The position numbers and the translations under genes are program-made. From assembly GCF_000485595.1 (NCBI RefSeq), contig NW_014577070.1, positions 708,354-772,353 of the forward strand: 64,000 nt of DNA, read 5' to 3'. Shown piece by piece: positions 40,101 to 52,500 of the stretch; positions within the stretch are counted from its first letter, which is position 1; every line of letters starts with the position of its first letter. Source of the DNA: Priapulus caudatus (Eukaryota). Below the pieces are notes generated by a model that was given only the letters and a program-made list of their open reading frames with translations, was not told where the DNA came from and searched no databases.

Positions 40101-43100
40101 ACGTCTACCCAGAGGATACGGGCGAGTACGTGTGCAAAGCCACCAACAAATACGGGCAGGCAACCACGACTGCTCAACTCGGATGCAGAGGTAATAACAA
40201 TTACGTGAATGTACACCTTGTATGTTACGTGTGCAAAAATATTTGTTACATTATACCGATGCGTATATTACTGATACTGACGTAAAAAAAGGTGTTTATC
40301 CAATATATGCTTACTGTGTCCATCTCTGTAGGCAAATCTGGCATCTCCTACGAGTCACAGCACCCAGAAGGTCTTCAGCAAATTAAGTACCTAGAGCATC
40401 CAAAGGATTCTCGTAAGGACTGGCCCGAGGAAGTCAAATCGACACAGAAACCACAGTTCGTTACCCAGCTGCGAGACTTGCCGAACGCGAAGGAGAGCCA
40501 GGGTGTGCACTTTGAGGCCAGACTCGAGCCGCACAACGATCCCAACATGCAGATCGAGTGGTACCACAACGGAAAGCCTCTTGAACACGGTACGTTACAC
40601 ACCACACACACACACACACACACCGCTACATACAACGGTGCGTTCCCAGTACACGCCGCAAAATAATATTTCATCACAGCGTGCGGGTAATGTATGTACA
40701 ATGTAATGAAAATGTAACGTGGAGTAATGTCTTCGTATATATGTCGAAACGAGTTCACTGGATTTCATGATAATACATGGGTAACGTCATTTCGCACTTT
40801 TACGAGTTATTAATTTTATGATTATCTCACGATCGTCTTATATATCTCGATTCGTGAAATTGACGTCGTGTCTTCGCACGGTTACGATGACGCGTCGGCA
40901 TGTCTATTCAGGTCATCGATTCAGACCGATGCATGACTTTGGCTACGTCGTGTTGGATATTCTCTACGTTTACCCGGAGGACTCCGGGGAGTACGTCTGC
41001 CGTGCGGTGAACAATGTCGGCGAGGATCAGACGAGAGCCGTTCTCCACGTGCAAGGTACGTACCGACAGCATCTGCAATCAAACCACGTTTCTAACCATG
41101 TTTCCTTGACTCGGGAAGAATTCTAGATACTTTGCGAAAGTGAAAGTGATCTTCACGATACTTGTGAAGCGACGAACATCGAGATTTACGAACCACGTCT
41201 CTACGTGATTCCTTTTCGTTATCTGAAAGAAATTCTTGATACTTCGTGAAAGTGATCTTGACGATTTATATGAAGCGATGAGATTCGAGCTTGACAAACC
41301 ACGTGTCTATATGGTTCCTTTCCATTTCGGAAAGAATTCTCGCTACTTTATAAAAGTGATCTTCACGTATTTTATGAAGCAATGAGAATCAAGCTTGACA
41401 AAGCACGTCTCTACACAATTCCTTACCGTTTCGATTTCCCACGACATGAGTAGATTTTCACGACGCGACGAGAACCGAGTTTACTGCACGACACGAGTGG
41501 ATGGTACGTGTAAAACGTGTTACACTTTCAGACAAAGCGGGAATCGTATACACAAGCGGATTGCCGGACGAAGCTCAGATCGTCGAGAAGATCCAGAATC
41601 TGGAAGAGTACGGGCGGCAGCGCGCCAGAAAGCCGTTCGAGGCCGACCTGCTCTATCCGAAGCCGGTGTTCACGACGCACATCAAGGACGTTGCTAACCT
41701 CGTGGAGAGACAGAAAGCTCACTTTGAAGCCAGGCTGGAACCGGCGAACGATCCCGACCTGAAGGTCGAGTGGTACTTCAATGGAAAGCCGCTAGAAGCC
41801 GGTAAGCTTTTTGACATTCGGTGAGAACGATCGTGAAAGTATACGGTGATGAATTAAGCGAATGGTGGCATTTTCATCTTCTGGTATTTCGGAACGGTCT
41901 GAAGGACTTTTGCGATTACTCATTTTGCCTTGCAGCGAACCGCATCACGCCGTACCACGACTTTGGATTTGTCGCGTTGGACATTGGCGACACCAAGGAC
42001 GACGACTCTGGCGTTTACATGTGCCGAGCGTGGAACAAGGCTGGTGAAGCCTTCACGACGGCGTCTCTTCGCGTGCACCGTAAGCGTGGAAATTCAGCGC
42101 GATCACAATATTGCTTTTCGATCTTCATTACTTGTTTATTATAATATACTTATTACTTATTATACTACTTACAACTTACTTATTATGTACTAACTTTTTC
42201 ATTGATTTTATCCATTTTCTGGGCGTATGTAAGATTGTGATGACTAAAGCGAAGACACAGCTGGTAGCAACTCTTGAATTTTTCTTTCTGCAGCTTTGAA
42301 GGGACTAATCCTAGAAACCCAGCTACCCGACTCCAAGGCCGCCGACGAGATCGATCAGCTCGAAGCGTATCAGGCGCAGAAGGCTAGGAGGCCGACGTGG
42401 GGAGAGGCGGAGCCTGCGTGGCCGCGTCCCACGTTCACGACCCCCCTGCAGCCGTCGGTGGACCTCGTCGAAGGAAGCCGCCTGCACGTCGAGGGAAGGC
42501 TCGTGCCAATCGGTGACCCCAACATGAAGGTCGAGTGGTACAAGAACGGAGTGCCTCTCGATTACGGTAGGCCCGTTTTGCGAATTCGAGTATTTCCAAG
42601 TGACAGAGCATGACAGTGTATTGTTTTCGTCGATCTATTCACTCTTACAGTGAACGTTTACTAGCCAGTCACTAACTGGCTGGAGCAACGCTCTTGTTCT
42701 ACAATAACGTATGTCTCACATCGTCAATCTTATGTGTACATTTACAAATACAGGTAACCGCATCAACACCATGAATGACTTTGGATACGTGGCTCTCGAC
42801 ATCTTCCCGGCTATCCCCGAGGATGAGGGTGTCTATACCTGCCGTGCAGTGAATAAAGCTGGAGAGGCCACTTCCGGATCAACGGTCAGATGCCAACGTA
42901 AGTGAACAGGAATTCAAGTATCCTAATATATGATACATGAAGTATATGCGCATAAGCACGATTAAATAATAAGTACATACATTGTAAGCAGTGTACTGCA
43001 CATTTGTGTGATGGTTGTGTTGACATGTTTGAACGCCTACTATTGATAGTATCTTGTTTCACGTATGTTGTTGCATGTATCTTCTTTGCATTTATGCATA

Positions 43101-46100
43101 TATGATTGTGTCCAATGACAGGGTAACTGGTCGATATATTTAACGATTATTCTTTGTTCTACAGCCAAGGAGAGCATGTATTTGCACACGATCCACCCAG
43201 AAGGCTTGCAGGCCATTCAGAGGCTGGAATCCTACCAGAGACGCCCAGTGAGAGAGTCACCGGAGAGACTCGGACAGAAGCCGATATTCATCACGCAAAT
43301 CCCGAACATCGAATGCTCTGAGAACCAGAGGTCGTTCTTCGAATGCCAGCTAGAGCCAGCCACCGACCCGAAGATGAAAGTGGAGTGGTTCTTCAATGGA
43401 CAGCCACTCGTTGCAGGTGAGCATCATCACATCGCCGGTGACAATTGGTGGAAGTACATAACGTAACGGCACCATCGTAATGTAATGTCTAGGTAGTGTA
43501 ACCCTATCACTTATGTGGATGTGTGATGTGCTTGTGTGTGTGCAGTCATGATTGAATTTCGCTTTTACTATGAGGGTTATTGTGTCGCGCAGGTCACCGC
43601 TTCAAGCCGACGCACGACTTTGGCTACGTTACACTGGAGATCCTCTACACGAACCCCGAGGACAGCGGCGTCTACGTGTGCAGGGCCACCAACGACATGG
43701 GTGAAGCAGTCACCTCTGCTACACTACACTGCACAGGTGCGTCGAGAACGGACACGAAATATGCACGTTAAAATACGAAACTTAAAACCAACTTTCAAAT
43801 AACTAAACTAAGATTAAACCTAAAAAAGACTTAAACATTTTCAGCCAATTTGACACATTTTTGCTTAACATCATTCCTCATAGCATGAATTAAAGTGACA
43901 GCGCGACAATCTAAGTTGAAGAAAGAGAACGTTAGAGTCGTGACGCGGTAAATAAACTATAACTATAATGACACATATATATATATATATAATAATATCT
44001 AAATATAATAATAACAAATATAACCATAGTAACATGTATATATCATGGCTTGGTGATTCCGTCGTGCAGGTAAGAAGAGCATCTACCTGGATACGACGCA
44101 CCCCGCCGGACCTCAGGCCATCGAGGAGCTGAAGGACCTCGAGGACCTCGCTGCTCGCCGCGCCATTCACGAGATCTGGGTTCCCGAGGAGCACAAGCAG
44201 AAGCCAGTGTTCGTCACGCAGGTGCAGAACATCGACAACCTGCGCGAGGGTGACAGCGCCGCGTTCGAGGCGCGCCTCGAGCCGACCAACGACCCGAAGA
44301 TGCAGGTGGAGTGGTACAGGAATGGCGAACCGCTGCCGTCCGGCACGCGTTTCACGACGATGCACGACTTTGGTTATGTGAGGGCCGACATCGCGACCGT
44401 CTACCCAGAGGACGAGGGCCTGTACGTGTGCCGCGCGTTCAACGAGGTCGGCGAAGCTTTCACCTCGGCGACGCTGAAGTGTGCCGGTAGGTGGCTCTGC
44501 TATTACTCACTGATTCATAGAACTTTTCTGTTTGCCTGCTAGTTCAAAAAGCATTCTTTCACCATAATGAAATTATCAAATAAAATTTTCAATTAATCAG
44601 AAAGCAGGTGAGATCCTGAAAAAATTCAGGATGATAATTGCCCAGAGGTACACGATTAATTGCTGACCGAATCATACTACTCTCGTTTGTGGAGATTTCA
44701 TTGTTTTGATTTCAACACATTGTTCAATACATTGCATTCGTTCGAGTACGAGAAACGGTGTCGGTGGTAGCAGCACCGCTAACGCTCCCCCTCCGCTCCT
44801 CGCCACAGGCAAGCCCAGCATCTACGGCGAGACGATGTTCCCCGAGGGTCTGGACAAGATCCGTCAGTTGGAGGACAAGCCAGAGCGGGTGCGCCATGTT
44901 CCCGAGGAGTTCTACAGGAAGCCCGTGTGGACGACGCCGCTGGAGAACGTCGACAACCTCGTAGAGGGCGGCGTCGCTCACCTGAGCGGACGCGTCGAGC
45001 CGCTCAACGACCCCAACCTGAAGGTCGAGTGGTACTTCAACGGAGAGCCACTCGTGGCCGGTACGTGACTTCCACCCCCTGGCGGCTGATCGCTGATGTT
45101 AAACTGTTACAAAACACTAACACTGGCCGAATACGACCTGTGCTTTTCTCATTTACAAATAGAAATTAGAGAAGAATGAAGACGGAAATTAGAATAGAAT
45201 CAGAGTTAGAAATTACTTATAATGTTACGAAACACTAACCGAAGCCCACGTGTTTGCATTTTCCGGGCACGAGGTACATGACATGCGAATAAAAATTAGA
45301 GTTCACAAAACACGGTTACAAACCAAAACCTTCGCACGCTCGCGTTTTCACAGGCACGCGGTACACGAGGTACGAATCGAATTAGAGTTAGAGATTAGTT
45401 TAAACGGTTACAAACTAAAACCTTCGCCGCCCGCATCTTTCAGGCACGCGCTACTCGACGACGTTCGACTTTGGCTACGCGGGTCTCGACATCAACAACG
45501 TGCAGCCCGAGCACACGGGCGTCTACATGGCGCGCGCCTACAACGCTGTCGGCGAGGCGCTCACCACGGCGACGGTGAAGTGCGCTGGCATGCCGAGCAT
45601 CTACACAGGCCCGCTGCACCCGGAGGGACTCGACCAGATACAGATGCTGGAAGCGGACAAGGAGCCGCAGGCGCGCTACGTGCCAGAGACGGCGAAGGAG
45701 CCTCCGCGCTTCCTCACGCAGCTGCAGCACCTGCCGAACCTCGTCGAGGGAGACCACGCGCACTTCGAGGCGCGCCTCGTGCCGATCAATGATCCGGAGC
45801 TCGTCGTCGAGTGGTACCACGACGGACAGCCCGTCGAAGCCGGTGAGATGCTTGGTCGGTGTTTGATGGTTTATAGCGTGGCTCTTCAACGTTTAGTTGG
45901 TGTTTGGCGGTTTATAGTGAGACACTACAACGTTTAGTTGATGTTTGACCGTTAATTGCGTGGCTCTGTAACGTTTAGTCGGTGTTGATGGTTTATAACA
46001 TGGCACTTCAACGTTTAGTTGATGTTTATGGTTTATAGCATGGCTCTTCAACGTTTAGTTGGTGTTTGGCGATTTATAGCATGGCACTTCAACGTTGGTG

Positions 46101-46516
46101 TTTGACTCGGTTTGTAGCGTGGCTCTTCAACGTTTAGTTGGTATTTGAAGATGTAAGTAAGTAAGTAGTAAATGCTAGAAAATGTTAGCATCTATAAGGT
46201 ATGCCAAATTGTTGATTTCCCTCTCGTGTAATTATAAGTAGGCACTATCCAGCTCTTGGAAGGCATCCACACCATCCTTCTACGAAAAAACTTGTGCTTT
46301 TAAATAATCAAGCCTTGTTTTTTTATTTTAGCTTCTCGAGTCAAGATGATTCACGACTTTGGCTTTGTTGTTCTGGAGATTGAGGGAGTTAACCCGGAAG
46401 ACTCCGGGGAATATGTCTGCAGAGCCTACAACCCACAGGGAGAAGACACTACAACCGGATCTCTGACTGCACAACGTATGTTATACCTGTTTATTTAGAA
46501 TTATTGCTATTATTAT

Positions 46517-46579
<63 letters not shown>

Positions 46580-49500
46580 CATTGTTGTTGTTGTTGTTAT
46601 GTGGTTCTTATGACTCAAACTGTTAGCAGTTGTTCATTTAAGAGTAGGGGAGTCCCTGTTCACACTCATAATATAGCACGATGTAGCACCTACTGATTAG
46701 ATGGGTTCTTGGTCGTTTTTATGCAGGGATGAGGTAGCGAAGAAATATAATAGTATTGACTGTCATAACAGGGCAAGCTCTGAGTGGTGGAAATTAAATC
46801 ATAGTAACTGAAAAATTGATTTACCGAGCAAGCAATCTACTGATTGGTGTCATCTAAAACACACCTCCTTTGGCCTTGCACTACATACATCTATCATCTA
46901 TCAGTTTTTGTCTGGATGCCATGCCGTAAAACCACTTTCTTTCAATGACATATTATATGACGGAGCAAAGTACACATCAATGTGTCATGTTTACTCGAGT
47001 GAACAAACAGTGATGTTATCGCAATCAGCAATACATATTAGCATATGTAGCTGCATGGACAACATAACGTGAACGATGTGTCGGCGGAGCACAGTGAACG
47101 TGCGTACGTGGGGTGTACGTTGTAGTGGAAATGGTTTTACAATAACATTGCACCATAGGACCACTTAATCGATACCAGAAAGAACTGTGGCCGCTGCGCT
47201 GTGAGCAGTAGATGCAAGCAAAATTAGATGAAATCACTGTGATGTGCTGAAACGGAGCTAGAAAAAATAGCGTTGTTGTTCGTGACACTTGCAGCAAAGT
47301 CGGCGATCGTGACGAGCACCAACTTGCCAGAGCATCAGCGACTGGTTGAGAAGATCAAGGAGATGGAAGACGATTCGGCATTGCGCTTTGCTAGGGAGCC
47401 GTCTGCAGAGAAGGAATTGCAGCCACCAAAGTTCATCACCGAACTGCAGACCTATCTCGACCTGACTGTGAGTACTATTATCGTTTAGATGCTATTTTCG
47501 AAGCAGCCCGAGTTGATTTCAGTTTGATTTTGTTAAGGTTTATAAATTTGGAGATCAGAAGTTGAGCCGATTCTATTGTAAAACGAGTGGTTAATTTTCT
47601 GCTTTCAGGAGGGTGAGAGTGTCCATCTTGAAGCCAGACTGGAACCACTTAATGATCCAACTCTGGAAGTTGAGTGGTTCTTCAACGGTGAACCACTAGA
47701 AGCAAGTACGTACTCATTGGAAATAGATTTCGCACATAGACAAATAACAGTGCATGACCTCTGTGGGTGTGGCAATATAAATAAAAACTGGGTTTTATGA
47801 GAGTTATTTATTACGATGTATGTTACATATGTTAAGCATGTTACAATGTTACTGAATCGTCATTCCGATTGCTTCTTCCAGGTCACAGGTTCAGAACAAT
47901 CCACGACTTTGGCTTTGTCGTACTGGAGGTACAGTTCCTGCTGCCCGAGTACACGGGAGAATACATGTGCAGGGCCAGGAACCCTGCCGGAGAGGACATG
48001 ACCAAATGCGAGCTGAAAATCGCACGTAAGTGTCTCACGTAAATTGAAACCTGTGTTAGCCGTCGCCGCTACGCATGGGACAGTTATCTACGTTTTTGAA
48101 TCAGATGTTGGTCACCTGGTCGGTCAGTCGATCAATCGATTGTTCGACGTTATGCATGAAATGTACTTCACGGGAGTAGGATTTCACATAATAAAAACTA
48201 ATCTGACTCCACACAAACACTTTAAATTGATTCCTATAATAATATATAATATAGTTTTTAAATTTTTAAATTATTTTTAATATTATTGTGTTGTTATTAT
48301 GTGTTATTTTACTTTCACGTTGTAAAGACTAATCTACAGTGAATCGGTTTCCTATTCGTGAGATTACACAGTCTCGTGACATTACTCGTGTCTCTACACA
48401 GCAAAGCTGAGCATTCTCAGCCAGACGAATCTACCCGATCAGCAGAGAATCGCCGACAAGATCAACGACCTCGAGGCGTCGCTTGCTCCCGGTCCGAGCA
48501 TGCCGGGCGAAGGAGAGTTTGTGCCGAGAGAACCTCCGCGTTTCATCACGCAGCCCGACAACGTGGACATACACGAGAATGACTCGGCTCACTTTGAGGC
48601 ACGCTTGGAGCCCATCAACGACCCGACGGTGCAGATTGAGTGGTTCTTGAACAACGAGCCACTAGAAGCCAGTGAGTGATTCAGTGCCTTGCGTTAATTG
48701 TCGTGAGGTCTTAGGCGTTTTAGCGATGTAGTTGGTTGGTGGTTATTGAACAAACGGGTGGCTGAAAGTTTGTGGACAAGACATTTGCGAAGTACGTAAC
48801 ACAGTGTAGCGACAGCGTTCACAACGTATGGGCTTGTAGTATCTACTTTGTATTTCGCATAGTGGCTACGAGTGGTAGCAAGATCACTTATATATATATT
48901 CCATGTATTCATTATTGTGCTTTGTCTTTCTGCATTTTTTAGTTTTTTAGTTTAGATTTTGAGAGGCACGATTAAAACGATTATTGCGAAATTTTTGCTC
49001 AGAAAAACTAAATAAAGCTGAATATATTCTCACCTGACAGCGGAAATATCACTGATTACACCAACATTAAAAATACTAAGATTTTATGCAGTTATAGCAT
49101 AGAAAAATGGATTTGACCACATCGTAACAGCAATAAATTTTATCGTATGCCGATAATGCATAATGGCAGAATTGGTAAACTTGTATTTGTGTCGGTGATG
49201 AATTGAAAACAAGTGCATGCCTGTACTATGTCTATGGCAGATAAGCGGTGGTGCCACAATCTAATCCATACTTCCTGTTAGTTCAAAATGGCAGAAAACG
49301 AATGTTTACAAAAACGATTAGTTCGAAACTGGCAGTTTTCGGTGAATATGAAGGTTACATTTTATTGTTACTCTAGACAATTGCTGTTACTAAAGCAATA
49401 ACGGTAGGTGTCATGAAAGTGGTGGAAACACTGGAAAACTCTCGCAATGGTTACTTTATACTTATTTTTCCTTAATTTACTCTTTGTTCTACTCTTTGTA

Positions 49501-52500
49501 CTACTCCTTTATTTTTGTATAATTTTTCACACTCTAGTTTTTCCGTTTACAGGTCACAGACACAAGGGAATACACGACTTTGGTTTTGTCATCTTGGATA
49601 TCAGCAACTGCTTCCCGAGGGACACTGGTGAATATGTCTGCAGGGCATGGAATGACATTGGAGAGGACTTTGCTCGCGCAACACTGAAATGCGGCGATGA
49701 CCTTACAGGTCAACCACCGTGGTTCACGCAGGAGTTGATGCCAATCGAAGGCTTGAACGAGGGAGACAGTGGCCACTTTGAGGGCCGCGTAGAGCCGTCC
49801 AAGGATCCAGATCTGAGAACAGAATGGTTTTTCAACGGAAAGCCCGTCAGGAGCGGTAAGCGTTTACGTATTGTCTCACACGTTTCTATGCAGAACCACA
49901 CGAAAAGAGATTCATGTTTGTAAATGTACTTGGGTGCTGTGCAATCTTCTTTTGTCAGTCTTCTTTTGTCAATCTTCTTTTTTCGACCTTCTTTTGTGGC
50001 TCTTCTTTTGTTTACCTTCTTTTGTCAATCTTCTTTTGTCAATCTTCTATTGTTGATCTTCATTTGTCAATCATCACGTTGTCCTCTCTTCACCTCTCCC
50101 AAAAGGTCACCGCTTCAAGACGATCCTCGACTTTGGCTTCACGATCCTCGACATCAACCCCGTCTACCCGGAGGACCAGGGCGAGTACGTGTGCCGCGTC
50201 TACAACAAGTACGGCGAGGCGTTCTCGCGCGCGCCGCTCTCCTGCTCGGGCAAGCGCAACGTCATCTACGACACGCAGCTGCCGCCGGGCATGGAGGAGG
50301 CGATGAACAAGATCCAGGATCTCGACAACGCGCCAAAGTACCCGGGGCCGGCCGCACCCGAGGAGGTCGCCGGACAGCCGCCGGAGTTCATCGTGCCGCT
50401 CAACGACATCACGGATCTGACCGAGGGAGATAGCTGTCACAACGAAGCCAGGGTGATCCCGGTCGGTGACCCCGACCTGTACGTCGAGTGGTTCTTCAAC
50501 GGGGAGCCGCTAACGATCGGTACGAGTCGACCGGCGTTTGAATCGCAGACGTCATTGTTTTTTGTTTTTTGATTTTTGTTTTAAACGCATTTTGTCGAAG
50601 AGCACCTGTGTTGTTCCTGCATTGCCATGTCGTTTTTTTTATATATACGTCTATGTGAAAAATTCAGAATACTTTTATAAATTTAATTAATTAAATAAAA
50701 TCCATTTCAAATGAAAATGCTGTATATACGCTTATACATGCTTATGCTGTTTATAGGCAGCAGATTTAAGACCGTCTTTGACTTTGGCTTTGTGACGATC
50801 GACATCTCACCAGTATATGACGAGGACACTGGCGAATACAAGTGTGTTGCTACCAACAAGTACGGTCAGGCCGAGACAAAGGCAATTATCAAGTGTACAC
50901 GTAAGTATTATTTTTTCATGACACCGTTTATATTTTTTCTGCTTACAAAAGCAAAAATTGATAAACTAACCTATGCTATTTGATGAAATGTAAAATTTGC
51001 ATTAAATTTTCTAGAATTTTCAGTATATAATAATGACTTTTAGTAAATAAGAATGACTTTCAGTAAATAAGGATGACTTTCTTTAACAGCAAAGACAGCA
51101 TTGCTCATGGACACACAGCTTCCAGAGAGCATGAGGGCAGGTATGCAGAAGATAAAAGATTTGGAGGATGCCATGGATAGGCCAAAACACCCAGAAGAGC
51201 CGGCAGATGCAGGCGAACCACCGAAGTTTATCGTCCCTCTAACAAGTCCAGGTATGCTTCTTCATCTAAATTATTAGTCACATTTTTTATTTACACTTGT
51301 TTTAAGAATAAACATGATAATATTTTTAACCGTGCCGATGTATTTTAGGTCGAATTTAAATATTAAAGGTCCTAAAATGACGCTAGAAAAGTTCGAGTGA
51401 GAATTTTGTAACTAAATATGCTAATAAGTAATATTATACTATTCTTTGCTTCTACAGTTGTAACAGAGGGTGCACCAGCTCACCTTGAAGCCAGACTTGT
51501 GCCAATTGGAGACCCAACTATGAGAGTGCACTGGTTCCGCAATGGAGAACCATTCAATCTAGGTATGTTTTACTTTGCACTTTTGGTAGTATTTTTTGAG
51601 TTTCCCTAGTGAAAACCAAATTCATTCTGAGGACACTGTTCCATATTTTCTCTCTAGCAAAGGAAACCACAGATCTATATATAGCATGTTACGGTCAACT
51701 CTAAACTCCAAACGTACGCCATCAAAACCGATTCTCACGTTAAACCAGACGATTTTTTGAGTTCCAAGACCATCTGAGACATGTAAGATATGCATGGAAT
51801 AGGTCCCCTATAAATCGAACTGACTATTGTGATAATTATCTCTCTTACAGGCACTCGATTAACGACAATGTATGACTTCGGACTCGTATGGTTGGACATT
51901 AACCCTGCATGGCCAGAGGATGTTGCCGAGTATACGTGTGTTGCCATTAACAAGTGGGGACAGGACCAGACTACAGGAAATCTCAGTGTAACACCCATCC
52001 AGGAAGTTGGCGAGCCGCCAAAGTTTGTCACTCAGCTGCCAACAGTTGGTAAGACATCTATGCACGATCCAGATTATCCGTTGCAGCGCAAACATTATCC
52101 TTTTAACACTTACTCACTTAATTAAATTCGATTGCAGACTGTAGCGCATGGATGCGGGTTTGTAGTTATTTCGCTTGGACACAGTCAGTAGAAACTGAGC
52201 TCATGTGGTGTCGTGATAGATTGGTTACATAGACCGCTCTCATGTGTTTTGTGTAGATGTACCAGAGGGTGATGTCACTCACCTAGAGGCGAAGCTCATA
52301 CCAGTCGGAGATCCAACCATGAGAGTGACGTGGTTCTTCAATGGAGAACCACTCCATGTCGGTATGTCCAAATATCATTACCATCTGCAGCAGTTTCCAA
52401 AAAGGTGTTATTAGTATTGTGATGAATATGATTGCATTCCCGTCCTATAATGATAACAATAAAGTCACACAGTTAAGCTTGTGCGCTGTGTATTGCCTCA

